From: Antedon mediterranea
Taxonomy: Eukaryota; Animalia; Echinodermata
Direction of reading: 5' to 3'
Length of the DNA: 64,000 bases
Assembly (NCBI RefSeq): GCF_964355755.1
Contig: NC_092673.1
Coordinates: forward strand, 11,442,948-11,506,947
Every line of letters begins with the position of its first letter. The first letter of the stretch is position 1. Both the position numbers and the translations under genes were made by a program. Below the pieces are notes generated by a model. That model was not told where the DNA came from. It saw only the letters and a list, made by a program, of their open reading frames with translations, and made no database searches. Shown one piece after another: positions 39,660-52,450 of this stretch.

Positions 39660-39900
39660 GAACCCTTACAAGAGGTGGTTGCTAACGATAGGTGGTGGTC
39701 CTTTAAAAATGTGGTCACTTACGAGAGGCAGTGGTCATAAAGAGTGGTACTGTAGTTGCTTACGAGATGTGGTCGATTATAAGAAGCGGTCCCGAGAGGT
39801 GGTTGATTACAAGGTATTGGTCGTTTAAGAGATGGTCGATTATGAGAAATGGTCTCTTAAGGGAGATGGTGGTCGCTTACGAGATGGCCGTTTTTTGAAG
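39660..39900. repeat. Degenerate ~20-bp repeats, MITE subterminal type
   Basis: Recurrent GTGGTCGCTTACGAGA-like motif. Confidence 0.5.
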
Positions 39901-40174
39901 GTCAGTCTGATAGCTATTAGTAAAGAGATGCATTTGCACATGATTTAGACATAGGTTCTACATTTGCTGATGATAGTAACTACATTCGCTGTGAGTCAAT
40001 TTCCGATACTGCTTGACCGTTCTACATTAGCTGGTGTTGATTTTTTATTTACTACATAAGCTGTTGGTGTTTCTAAATTAGCTGGAGGATTACTCTACAT
40101 TAACAGTTTCGACATTATCTGGCGTTTTCTACATTAGCAGTTGTTACAAGCTGTATTTATTATATAAAACTTAC

Positions 40175-40243
40175 CTTTGATTTAATGAGTTTAGTGGTGA
40201 TTCCCTTAAATTCTTTCACACCTGTTTTTGCAAAACCCTTAGT
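40175..40243 (-). CDS. DENND1: DENND1-like exon (TKGFAKTGVKEFKGITTKLIKSK)
   Basis: ATAAG| ... |GTAAGT; 69 nt; resembles vertebrate DENND1 AKDHAKMGIKEVKNRLK. Confidence 0.8.
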
Positions 40244-40924
40244 CTTATGAAATAAGAAAAAAGTAATGTGTTAAAGTTCATCTGCCAATTAGGTAACATT
40301 GTATTTTAAAGTGAGCAATGAAATACACACATGTTATAGCTTTGAGTATGTTTACGTCTGTATATGTATTTGATTAGTGGACCTTTTATTTATCAATTAT
40401 AATTATGAGAAGAATGCATACTGTTAAATATGTGAATGGTATCCTATTTTGTTACAACCCTTCACAAAAACACTGATTTTGTACCATATATGATTGTTGC
40501 TGATCTTAAATCTACAGATAATAAAGTGAACTGGCCAATAATGTTGGTAGCTGCAGGCTATTCGGTTCAATTTAATATTGTTGATTTTGGCAGATGCATG
40601 AGTTACAAATATTTTAGAAATAACAATTGCATATAATTCTGTTTTTTAGTAATTTATTTTTATATAATAAAATATATCAACATTATGGAAATAACAATAA
40701 AAAATGTTATTAAATTGCAGGTCAATAATGTTAAAAAACTTGATAAATGCCACAATGTACAGTATGTAACAGCATTGGTTTGGTCTGAAATCATACCATT
40801 AGTATTGCAATTAGTGTGTAAAGTTCATTATATTATTCCAAACGCAAATTTAAATGCCAGTTTATATTGGTGTAATTTTATATTGTTTCTGTTTAGTATT
40901 TATTAACCCTTAAACACAGCCTTG

Positions 40925-40975
40925 ATACTCGCCCTGTAAGCGAGAGGTCGCTTGTTCAAATCCCGCCAGAGACAT
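40925..40975 (+). pseudogene. tRNA-like 3' half (SINE head or tRNA pseudogene)
   Basis: CTCGC-cctgtaa-GCGAG anticodon-like stem; AGGTC GCTTGTTCAAATCCCGC T-arm/B-box; no intact D-arm. Confidence 0.5.
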
Positions 40976-41149
40976 TTTTTCATACTAAAAAATATGGAAC
41001 TTTCGCCGATGAGCTATGCTCGACACGATTATAAGATCATGTTCCGAATATGAGCACTGTTTCCTCACAGATTTCCTTATCTTTATCGTTTCAAAAATAT
41101 ACATATATTTTTGGAACGCTGTCCTTTACAAAAATGCTTATCAACTCAA

Positions 41150-41935
41150 TGAGATCCAAATGGGCAATTGCCGCAAAATCCTCCCTGAGTTTGACGTTGA
41201 AATTTACTCTAGAACTAAGAAGTTGAAAAGAGAACTTCCTGCATCCAGTTTCAAAATTAACTCAGGATTATCGCCAATGATTGCCATAAGCAATCAAAAG
41301 TAATGGCCCGAAGGGGATATCACAAATTTGGTCTACCTGCAGACTTGGTCATTTCAACACAAGTGACTCTACCTTCGGAAGATTTTAGGGCTTTTAGGAA
41401 ACCCTGCAGAAGGTTTGTTCGGACTTATAACTAAAATCGGAGCAACACCTCTCATTTAGTTGTTGAAATTAATTGTCGACTTTCTGAAGGAGAGAAAAAA
41501 CTTCTTTTTCAAGGACTTAAATTCTGCCCAAAACCAAGGCAGTTCGCCGCACAATTATCTTTAGATCATGGAGTCTTTCTCCAGAAAATTACGATTACTT
41601 GAATATTTTGCTGATTCAGACAGCAGCACCACGCAAAACAAAGGCAACATTAGCAAATTTAAACCAAAAAGTTCCTGGAATCCACCTAAAAATCGTTGTC
41701 TAGCTTTAGAAACATTTATTCAGGCTATTGAAGAGGATGTACAAAACTACGTCCCAGTCCAGATAAAAGTGACAATTTCTCAAAACAAGAGAGGCAGGCC
41801 ATTGCCAAATTGCGTCAGCGTAATGATGTCATCATTAAACCCGCTGATAGGTTCTGCCACTGTTGCTATGGACATCAAATTTTATGAAGAGGAGTCCTTA
41901 AGACAGCTAAACAATCCTCTTAATTATCGTAAACG
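41150..41935 (+). mobile_element. Penelope-like element, N-terminal ORF relic (Neptune-like)
   Basis: GLKFCPKP..FSRKLRLLEYF..FKPKSSWNPP..LETFIQAIEEDV..ERQAIAKLRQRNDVIIKPAD, read across frameshifts. Confidence 0.8.
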
Positions 41936-41964
41936 GATCCCACCCCGGAAATTGCGGATAAGGT

Positions 41965-42445
41965 GGCCAAATTTGTTTCTGTAAGCTATCATGGGTGGTT
42001 CTTGAAAAATATCTTTTGTAGCAGAGTTATCTTCTGTCAAAATCGAAAAGTTATCGAGGAGAATGTTAATAACCTTCTTATTCATAGGATGATACGTGAG
42101 GACTAGAGGTATGCGGTCACAAGCATTTGTATTATCTGTAGGTTGTAATGTGTCCTCGTGCGTTAACTGGCAAACTTTTCTTAGAGATTTCACGGTAATG
42201 TCAGATGGATTTTCGCATGCATTAAAAAAATCGATCATCTCAGATGCTTTTACGTTAAAGTCATCATCATCTAACAAGTTGCGAATTACGGTATAGCATT
42301 CTTACAAGCTGGAGGATGCGAAAAGTTGTAATTTAGATAAGCGTGCGCGTCAGTATCTTTGTAGTGAACGGATGTAGAAAGACCAGGTTTATCAATAGAT
42401 AAACTAATATCAAGGAAAGACACACACTTGTCAGAAATTTCATTA
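41965..42445 (-). mobile_element. Penelope-like RT thumb/linker relic, opposite strand
   Basis: FLDISLSI..STSVHYKDTDAHAYLNY..SHPPACKNAIP..RIPLVLTYHP..IFQEPPMIAYR. Confidence 0.8.
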
Positions 42446-42448
42446 ATT

Positions 42449-42780
42449 CAAAACCGCCCGGTGATATACTGTTATATTATTAATTAATTTGAAACGATAA
42501 AGATGAGAAAATCTGTAAGAATGAGAAAAAGTTGCCCCAACCAAGACTCGAACTCGGACCGTCTACTTGATATGCAGCTTTTCTAACCATTATATATATA
42601 AACACAACAGGGAAAGAACATCAATTTTAAACCGCCCAGTGATATACTGAAATTTAATTAATTAATTTGAAACAATAAGATGAGGAAATCTGTGATAATT
42701 AGAACAAGTCGCCCCAACCGAGACTAAACCCGGACCTTCTGCTTAAATGCAGTTGTCCTAACCATTAGAGCACTGGGGCT
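42449..42780 (-). mobile_element. Two tandem tRNA-derived SINE-like units (~180 bp)
   Basis: 42449-42590 and 42628-42780 are diverged copies. The minus strand gives GCCCCAG..TAATGGTTAGG..GGTCCGGGTTTAGTCTCGG-TTGGGGC (acceptor stem, A and B boxes). Confidence 0.65.
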
Positions 42781-43023
42781 TTCATGGAATTGGTATGGCG
42801 GAACAGCACTAGTCCCTCATGCAAACCAGAGATCAAATTGATACGCCCTCATCTTTCATTATTTTATTCTCACAGATTTCCTCAATTTTAGTATATCATC
42901 TAGCGGTTAAAATTAATATTCTATGCCTAATGTGTTTATATGGTCACTCAACACTCAATGTCATTTTGTTGTTATGTCAAAGGTTGATGTTGAAGTTATT
43001 ATTTATGAAAAAAAGTTTATTAC

Positions 43024-43056
43024 CTGTTGAACCATGTGCTTCATTGCAGGATTAGC
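43024..43056 (-). CDS. DENND1: DENND1-like 33-nt exon (ANPAMKHMVQQ)
   Basis: CATCAG| ... |GTAATA; matches the conserved DENND1 ANPAMK motif. Confidence 0.85.
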
Positions 43057-43208
43057 CTGATGGAAGGTGGTGAAAGGAAAGACAGTGAGAATACAATTGA
43101 AAATGAGTTACAAATAGATTAATAACACAGAAAGTAAATATACTGTATGAACAGCTAAAAATACAATAAAAGCAGAAAGAGTAAAGAAAAGAAAGCAGCA
43201 AAAAGTGT

Positions 43209-43858
43209 CAGCCCACGAATTTCACGTCGGCAATCGGCAATTGCCGACCTTATTGCCGACCTTAAATTGTCAGAGGACGGCAAGAGATTGCCGACCTAGA
43301 AACTAGGCTAGATCCCTCCTTTCAAGCCTCCTAGCAACAACATGGTACTTTAAGGGATCGTATCATTGAAATTTTAACAGGCATATTCACCACCATGTTG
43401 TGTTTAGTTAACAAACCATGGAATTAAGATGATCCCTGAATTCACTCAACCATTACATCATTTTGTGTGTGAGCTGCATGCTTTCTCCTATCAACCAAGC
43501 TGGCTGGGCACAGCCCGGTGCGCAACAGACCTGTGTAGGGGAATACCCTGTTATGCCAAGCAAGCATGCTCTGTGTACGGCTAGCTCCAGAACCATGATG
43601 TTCAGCAATTAATTATCAAATAGAATTTATCTTGTAGATTTTAGTGTTAGGTTTTTATATTTTAGTTAATTTTGCTAGTTCTTTTTGCATAACATATAGC
43701 TAGGGAGGCTAGGCCTAATAGCTAGGCCTTTAGGTTAGCAAGAGGTTTAGGCCTTGGGGTGAATTTTCTATTTTTAGAACTGCCGAGACTGCCGACCTTG
43801 GCGAATTTAAGGTCGGCAATTTTTTGCCGACCTTCTTTTTTCTGAATTTCGTGGGCTG
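43209..43858. mobile_element. hAT-like MITE with 6-bp TSD (hAT6-like)
   Basis: TIRs CAGCCCACGAA / TTCGTGGGCTG; subterminal TTGCCGACC repeats; AAGTGT at 43203-43208 and 43859-43864. Confidence 0.75.
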
Positions 43859-43948
43859 AAGTGTACAGTATATATATATGTTAAGATGGACAATGTTTGT
43901 AAGAAAGTGCTTGTGGAATTGTTTGGAACCTATTACATATCTACATAC

Positions 43949-43978
43949 CCTGTTTCCCTTTACGCTATTTGAAGAAAT
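43949..43978 (-). CDS. DENND1: Candidate 30-nt DENND1-like microexon (ISSNSVKGNR)
   Basis: ATTTTTCTTCAG| 30 nt open |GTATGT; phase 0/0; no homology support. Confidence 0.5.
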
Positions 43979-46440
43979 CTGAAGAAAAATAAATTTTCAA
44001 AAAAGCAGAAGCAATGTAAATGAAATTTAAAAAAACCAATGAAGCAGCATTCTTGCCATGCAATTTGAATGTTTTGAAGGTTTATAATAAAAAAAGTGCA
44101 ATACAGGGTCATGTTATTCTGGAACTAGAATGAAATCAACATAACAAGAGAACATAATTTTTATTTAAAGAACTTAACATTTTTAATATTTCAAAATTAA
44201 AGTTAGGTAATGCAGTTAACGTAAAAAGAAAATAATGAAATTAGGCTTATTTCTAATTGGTTATATCAATTTGATGTGACCAAATTTTTCTTGTCCAAGA
44301 AATAAGCTTAGAACATAAGGGTTCTAATTTAAGCATTTGCCATTTAAAGAGAATTAGGTTGAGACGACCTTAACATTAATTTTATAGTTAAAATAATTTA
44401 TTGAAAATTACTATAGACTTCCTTTATTTTGATATACGCTATTGTTTGCCAAATTATAAATTCATGTCCAAATACATTGTCTGGATCTAGAATTGGCCAG
44501 GTTGAAAAAGATAATTTGATGTATGTATTGCCAGCCAAATGATGAGTCCAAATCATAGAAATTGGAAAGCTCCTATCTGAAAGGTTGAAACTGAGATCGT
44601 AATACATACTATATCAAATTCAGGTTGTTGAATTAATGATAAGCTACTACAATGCATCTATGATCATGTGTTTGTGAATGCTTAACAAGCACTGTAAAGC
44701 TTGAGTAAAATTAGCTACCAGTGTCATCTACAAATTCAAATGTCTGATAAATGTCTCAATGATAAAACAAGTAATAAGTGTACCTTCAAGTGGCTGGTCA
44801 TTTGCTTATGCTGTTGGATTAGGATTAAAGATATTGTAATCATTGGACTGCCACATGTTGCAAAAAATGTGACCAAATACGATAAAGTAACCAATGCTCA
44901 AGCTCCTCTGTACCGTAGTTGCGAGCAAAAAATATGAACATATAATATACTCTACTACTCTAATTCTTTACAGTTTTAAAATTAGGATAATGTTTATATA
45001 TCATTTCGCAATATTGACAGAATATTAATTTTGAACAAAGTGTAATGTATTTTGGTTTTGGTAGTCTATGTTTTTTTTCTCTTATAATAATTACCGTAAA
45101 TATAGATATATGGTAATTATTAAACTGTCACAGATTAACCCTAAAAATGGCCGTCATCCTCCAAGATAAATCATTTAAAAACATAAGATGCCTAAATGTT
45201 TTAATGTGTGGAACAATGACTAAATTATCATCATCTTCTTCTTTGTCCAATCATCATTCCATCGTTTGCTTACATATTATATGATACTTCATAACTATCT
45301 GTATCAGATTCGCATATTTTTCTTCATATAAGTTATGAGCATCACATCAAATATAACATTTCCCGGCTCATATTCTCCTGGCAATGTTTAGTGGTAGCGA
45401 TGCCCCTTTGAGACACTTAAGTGACCATCCCATCGTTATTAATCCAAAATTCAGCGGATGCGGATTCTTGGGTGTGTTATACTCATAGGGGGCAGTGAAA
45501 TAGATATTTTGCGGAATTAAAGTTATAGAGGAATAACTAAAGCAATTTCGTTGATAGTAAAAGCACTATTCTTTCAAATTGCATGTTACAGTAGGCCTAT
45601 GCATGTTAAACCTGGACACTGACTAAACTACGATCAGTGCTTTTGAGTTATGATATCATAGTTGGCGTTTGCTACGTCGATGAAAATAAATTCTAGTATT
45701 CTGTGGTATTAAAATAGGTTTAAAGAAAAACGCTATTATTCATTGGCTATAGAAAAGATATTTTTGCATGGTAAACAATTGAGCAAGCTCGGAGGTCAAG
45801 ACGTCCAAAGTCATGAGTTGACCGGGATATAAATATTAATTGTACAACATAGAGTATATCATCTAACAGAAGACCGACGTACTTGACGATCCATCATTGT
45901 ATTTTCGAGGAGTCGTCAGATGTTGATATAATTTGCCAAGAAAAGATGTTTACCGTGTCTCATTTAAGTCATGTAATGCTCCAAATCCTTAAATCTGATA
46001 TATTGCATGCAATTATTTTAAAATATCCTTTTAATTGGCTTCTTATATACTGTATAGGTATAGTTGAAATCACCAGAACGTATGCTAAAATGAGTGCTTT
46101 CGTTCAACAGGATACTCAAGTTGTTGGTGGGACAATGTTAAATTTTATGACTTCTGTTATTACGCTGTTTGGAAGTACGTACAGAAATTAGCAATCCTAG
46201 TTCGACTAAAGGCATCTAGAAACAATGACATTTTAAGATAGTTTTTTTAAAATACACCAGTTTATAGCTGTAATTATTATAGATATGTGTTAGAAGGAGA
46301 ATCCGTAATAATTGTTAAAATCGTGAATATTGTAAGGTTAATATAATATAAAGTGTAACTATTTAGATTATCAAAGTAGCATTCCATTAAGTAGCATTCC
46401 ATTAAGTAGCATTCCATTAAGACAGGGTTTTAGAGACTAT

Positions 46441-46942
46441 AGGGAGTTTTCGCAATCTTACGAATACGATAACGAAAACGGATACGTCACGCACACGTAT
46501 TCGTTTTTTTGTAAGTCAGTAAAAATCTGTTTCGCATGGAAACGAAATATTGAGGGCGCCATCAAAAATATGACTGCGGTAATTTGAGCGAAGCACAGGT
46601 ACGTGTTGCTTGGTGCTTGGCTGCCAAGGCCTAGCGTAACATCAAAGCGAGTGAGGACTTTAAAAACTGCTATTTATCAAAATTGACGTGGCATTTTAGT
46701 AAATTACTTTAGTAAATTACTTTTAATAAAAGTATAATTATATTATAATCATGAATCATTCCTAATTCAAATGCAAAATGTGCTAAATATATCAAGTACT
46801 ATACTCATTTTGTAGTTACGAATATGACTGGTGATATTCGTCAACACGAATACGCTTTACGAATATGAAATTGGGAACAGCTCAAAAGTTTTGTGACGTA
46901 TCTGTTTTTGTTATCGTATTCGTAATGTTGCGAAAACTCCCT
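46441..46942. mobile_element. MITE with ~50-bp TIRs (Harbinger/ISL2EU-like)
   Basis: AT|AGGGAGTTTTCGCAA..CGGATACGTCAC ... GTGACGTATC..TTGCGAAAACTCCCT|AT. Confidence 0.8.
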
Positions 46943-48297
46943 ATTGTCATCAAATACGATCTGTGCAGGCATATGATATTAAGTTTTTTAAATGTTACCT
47001 TCACTAGACATTTCAAGAGTGAAAGAAAATGGTTTAAATGAAATGAAGTGTTTTTTTGTTTATCGTGATCAAAATACCATTTTAAACTGTAAAATAAATG
47101 TATGATATAAATAACTTTTGTTCTTTTGATATTCAAATAGTCTCGAAAAGAATCCCATTATCTTGAAAAGAAGCCCAGTGTGCTTCTTTTCGAGATTTTT
47201 AAAACATCAATGGTTTCAAAATACAGAATACCTTTTAAAAACCAAAAATAAACTAGAATTTAACTAAAGTGATTTTGTGCTTGCAAATTGACTCACTCAA
47301 GTGAGTGTACTTTTGTAATCAAGAAAATTCAGAAGCTAACAGGATAAAGTTGTAGCTGTCATGAGTGTATCCAAATGTGTACAGTTCCAATAAATAAGAA
47401 TTAGCCATGTTAGCTCTTCACATGATGAATCTTGTCTATGAGCTACTGTCTGAGTCAACTTAGAGATAGAAGTTGCTGTCATGAGTATTTTCGTATTGTT
47501 AAAGTGGAATTAGTCATCTTTTCACGCGCTTAAATCTTAGTGTTATAGTAGATGTTTGGTTACTGTCTTGGGGAAAAATTGCTGCTGGCTCACATGTATT
47601 TTTTATATCTCAATGGTATTTTCGTATATCCCAAGGGTAAAAATTACAATGCAAAAACAAAAAAAAATAGCCGTGTGGCTCTTTGAGTTATTAAATCTTA
47701 GGGGTCGGAATCGGAAATTGTTGGCCTACTAAATATGCAAAAGAAATTAGCCGTGTGTGGCTCTTTGCATGATTAAATTAAACAAAATTGTGATTAAAAA
47801 CTGGATAAGATAACGCATATTAAAATGACGTGATTTATGAAATAATATGAAGCTACTACACATTTACCAGGTAAATCCGATGATTATTAGTGGAGAAAAA
47901 CATGCTGAAAAAGTGTGATTTTTGCACAATTAGACCGCGTTTCAAGGTGTACAGTGCGCGTGTTGCTTATTTACGGAATAAAATTGATATGGTTTGCGAA
48001 AAATGCAAACTTGAAAAAAAAATTGCAAAAAATGTTCAGAACACTGGCAAACAAACCAAAACTTGTTATAAAAGCATTGCAATGGTAAATACCTTATATT
48101 TTTATTTTTTTAGAAAAAACATGCAGTAACATTACATTGAAAACTACACATGCAAGAAACAAATGCAATGCAAGCTGGGTTAATATTTCTAGAAAATGTT
48201 AAACATTAAACCCATGCTTATAAAAATATTTATCAAATGCAACAATTATAGGCGTCATCATCATGTCCTAATACTAATTGTAGTCAATAAGCTCAAA

Positions 48298-48850
48298 GGA
48301 ATGCCGTTTACGCAACATTTCGATGATATGAATTTTATGACGAGATATGTGAATGAAATGCATCGATATGAATTGAATGACGCGCGATATGTAATGTTTT
48401 GAATGAAATGTTTTGAAGGAATTGAATTGGATAGTACTGTAGCGTAAGTCATTCCCGGTCACGATTTTTTTCTCAACGTCTTAAGCCTTGGTACCCTCTT
48501 CTCCTCTTTCTCCCTACTGTTATCAATATGATCCTTTACAGTGAATCCTAACAGACCATGGGCTTGGATCCATTTAGTATGGAAAAAAAGCTAACGGAGA
48601 GGTCAAGCTACCAAGAGGGCGCAGTGGGAATGACATATGTCGCCAATAGTTTGACTAATCATAGCATTCAATTCAGTTCATTTAAAACATTTCATTCAAA
48701 AAATGTCATTCAAATCAAAACATTCAATTCAAAGCATTTCATTCAAAACATTTAATTCATCGCTCGTCATTCAATTCATATCGATGAAATTCATTCACAT
48801 ATTGCGTCATAAAATTCATATCATCGAAATGTTGCGTAAACGGCGTTTCA
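48298..48850. mobile_element. MITE with long (~130 bp) GAAT-rich inverted repeats
   Basis: GCCGTTTACGCAACATTTCGATGATATGAATTTTATGACG and its reverse complement ending at ~48844. Confidence 0.8.
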
Positions 48851-49184
48851 TATTAAAGCATAGTTAGAGGGAATTAGACATCCCCAAAGATAACAAAAGC
48901 AGAATGTCTCTGTCAACAAGCAAAGAGATATATACTTGAATGCTGTGCTTCTGGATGGATAATTTAAATGGATATAACTATAACTGTTGATTGCAGATAT
49001 ATTAAATAAAATGTGAAAATGCCATGGCTAAATTAGTTCTAATGGGCCATACACAAACTGTGTTTATTTTCTTGGAAAGTGAGGGAGGGGGTTGGGGGAA
49101 ATGGTGAACATGGAGAGCTAAATTAAAAGTCATTCACAAAAGTAAACTAGTGAAAAGTCACACAAATTTAATGTCATCACTTAC

Positions 49185-49261
49185 CTTCTTCTGTACTTTA
49201 GACATTAGAGCCTTACTGTCATTCCTCATATTATTAAATGCTCCTTTCACCTTATTTTTTT
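49185..49261 (-). CDS. DENND1: DENND1-like exon (EKNKVKGAFNNMRNDSKALMSKVQKK)
   Basis: TTTGCAG| ... |GTAAGT; 77 nt; completes the phase-1 codon from the upstream exon. Confidence 0.8.
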
Positions 49262-50754
49262 CTGCAAAAAAAGGTATTATACATAAAACAAATCAAAGTA
49301 GCTGCATATATTGATGGAATATAAATAAAGAATATTTAAAATTTTATTTCGCAAATGCAATGCATATAGTATAAATAACATATAGTAGTATAAAAAATAT
49401 AGAAATAGTACAAAACTGATGTAAAATACCAGAGCAGTTGGCATACAATTTGAAATTAAAAAGTTTTCACAAATTAATTATCAGATACCTTAAGTTTATA
49501 CGCAACATAAAAACTATAGACTTATGAATAAATTCACCAAAACTAGGAAACACTACAGAATTTACTAAATTTCAGCAACATACGCAAACAATTATTGCAA
49601 CAAACTAAAGAATGAAAAGCTTGCTTATAAGCACAGTACCACCTCTCTACAAACTTAGTAAACCAAGTTTTTTTGTTAACCTACACTCTAATAATTGTAC
49701 TGTTGCAAATATGCGGTCATCCTCAAATTTAAGATGGCATCCAAAATGGCTGCCAACTCTGATCACAAGCCTATTAGTGTTCATAACTCTATAAAAACTA
49801 TATGTATTTTATTAAAAATTATATTGATGGATAGCTATAAAGCTTTATCTTTCCAAAATTGAATTTTTAGGAGTGTTTAGGGTGTTCTCAGTTTTTAGCT
49901 TGAATGAATGCGTGAATGGCTCTAGTTAGGCCTAAAAGGGGACGGGATGGTAGTCCCTAAGAAAAAATAATGGTATCAGTTGACACATGTAGTTTGTAGC
50001 ATAGCTTTTTTTTTTTTCAACAATTGTATTTGTAGTCTAGTTAGGATACGATACAGCCTAGGTCAAACCTTGTTTCTTGTCATAACAGGAAACGTTCTGA
50101 TTGGATACAACGTTGAAATACAGTAGTGTCGTATGCTAAAACGGTACTATCAACCGTTTTCGACTAATACGCTACAAGGGTCGTACTTTAATCCCAAACT
50201 GTGCAGACACACATTCTTTTAGCGTCATACGCTAAAATGGTCTAATGTCATGGGTTTGAACCTGGGCTCCTTCGCATATTGTTATTCAATACGTATAGCA
50301 GTTTGTTAAGAGTATAGTATTGAAATGCCAAATCAAAATTAGAAATATCTAAATTTGACCTCTGTGACCTTTGATCTCAATTGGTTTATTTCTTATTATA
50401 AAACTAACATTAATCACCATATCTCGAAGACGCATGGACATTATTATTTAATTTTTTTGTCAAAATGCTTGGAAGATACATTTTTATATTAAAGATGTAT
50501 TGTCCCTTTGTCAAATTCCAAAAAAAAAAAAAAAAAAAAAAAGATTTCGAAAAAAAGTGGGTCATTTTGAAGTATCATAATAGTTATTAATTTTCACCAA
50601 AAATGAGATGAAAAAAAAATTATTTAAATAAAATACAGACGTTTTTTTGGTTAAAAAAATTACTTTGACTTCCAGTCAAAGTTTTCTATCAAAATATATC
50701 TCATCTCATCTTACTAAAAGTAATTTACTAAAATGCCAGGTCAATTTTAATTAA

Positions 50755-50955
50755 TAGCAGTGTTTAAAGTCCTCATTCACTTTGATGTTACGCTAGGCCT
50801 AGGCAGCTAAGAAACACGTACCTGCACTTTGCTAAAATTTACCACAGTCATATTTTGGACGGCGCCCTCAATATTTCGTTGCCATGCGAACCAGATTTTT
50901 ACTGGCTTACGAAAACGAATATGTGTGCGTGACGTATCCGTTTTCGTTATCGTAG
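50755..50955 (-). mobile_element. Partial inverted copy of the 46441-46942 MITE
   Basis: GTGACGTATCCGTTTTCGTTATCGTA and GGCGCCCTCAATATTTCGTT are reverse complements of 46465-46560. Confidence 0.75.
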
Positions 50956-51037
50956 AGTTGTGAAACCTCTCTAATACATCTTTAAAGTCATTCAAATTGT
51001 GTGTGTTTTATATATTCTTTTTATACAACAAACCTAC

Positions 51038-51239
51038 CCTTTTCTGAATTGACAGCACGAATTTCATCTTCAAATATATCTTGGTAACCCTTTCCTGCAT
51101 TTAAATTGCTTAGCCGATCACCAATGAATTCTTGAAAGTGTTGAGAATGTAGAAGCATTTCCAGGAATGGATGCATGCTACTTGAGCTGCTCTTGACAAA
51201 CAACTCATTCTGAAATTCCAAGCTATTGCAATCGGTTTC
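51038..51239 (-). CDS. DENND1: DENND1-like dDENN exon
   Basis: ATTTAG| ETDCNSLEFQNELFVKS..PFLEMLLHSQHFQEFIGDRLSNLNAGKGYQDIFEDEI.. |GTAGGT; 202 nt. Confidence 0.92.
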
Positions 51240-51860
51240 CTAAATAACAAAATCAATTAGTATAAAATTACACATTATTTATTTCTTCAGCATTAAACGA
51301 GTACATCAATGATGCAATATTTCACTTGTGTCTGAAGTGTTTAAACACAATAATATTTTACAAATAAAGAATATACTAAGTTATGAAAAAGTGTATTGTA
51401 CATTTAGGGATTTAAGACAGGGTTGAATTCTTAGGCCAAGCCCAGTGCCACCAAAACAATTAAATCTCAAGTAACACTCTGAGATGGTATATCACGACTT
51501 TCTTTCTGCTGTACTGAGATTGGACGTATTTAATATTAATAATAATAATAATAAATAATACATTTTAATAAGTTTCTTGACGTTTCAATCAATATGCTTT
51601 AATTGACTCAGGAGTGAGAATGCAGAAAGTTCAGGAAACTAAGTGGAAAAGGGTGGGACTGATGTGAAAGCCAGAAACAATAGCACATTCCCACACTGGG
51701 AGTGATTAAAACTAGCCATAGAAGAGCATTGTTTCTCATCAACAATAGTGAATGGAAACTAGCTATTGAAGAGCATTGTTTCTGATAGGTGTGAAAAGCA
51801 AAGTGAGACTCTAAAAACAATAGCATTGACTCGAAGAAGAATGTAAACTGGCCAGAAACT

Positions 51861-52450
51861 ATGGCATGGTTTACTGTCGATGAAGATTACAAAATTAATG
51901 ATTTAAATGTAAATATTGATGGTCAAAAGCTAAATCGTGTTAAACATTGTGAACACCTTAGTGTGATTATTGATGATAATTTCTCATGGAATAAACATAC
52001 TGACTATGTAAAAGGTAAGGAACTGCAAGGACTTCTATTTTATCAAAAAATACTCAATGTACAATGTACAAATAGTTATTTGCTCCCTATTTTGAATACT
52101 GCCATGTTGTCTGGGGATGCTCAAACCAACTACAAAGTCACAAACTTCAAGTTATGCAAATCAGAGCTGCCAAAATAATAACTAAGAAGAGTAGAAGTGA
52201 TTCTGGTAGTAAAGTCTTGCACAGCCTTAACTTTGATAATCTTGAGAAACGTTTGTATATAAATGAAGCCATCACTATGTTAAAAATTACCAATAATTTA
52301 GCACCAACTTACCTAATAAACTGATTTCATATCAAAGAAAATCATTATGACACAAGATCTCAAGATCAACTAATGCTACCTAAACCTAAAACGGACTATA
52401 AAAAACGGAGCCTGCCTGCTAAATTATGGAATGAACTAAGTGATGACATA
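51861..52450 (+). mobile_element. CR1/L2-type LINE ORF2 C-terminal relic
   Basis: IDGQKLNRVKHCEHLSVIIDDNFSWNKH..EYCHVVWG..KLQVMQIRAAKII..LWNELSDDI, read across frameshifts. Confidence 0.75.

Noticed and set aside
39965-40000. Other CTGATGA occurrences (also ~61934, and minus strand near 12980 and 14995)
   Set aside because: There is no helix II followed by GAAA; the 61934 hit is the RT FADD codons.
42707-42780. Functional tRNA gene
   Set aside because: The B-box and anticodon arm are degenerate, and it is duplicated with a shared tail. A SINE head explains it better.
45883-46191. 102-aa ORF in an intron
   Set aside because: Non-ATG start, no recognisable domain and no splice support.
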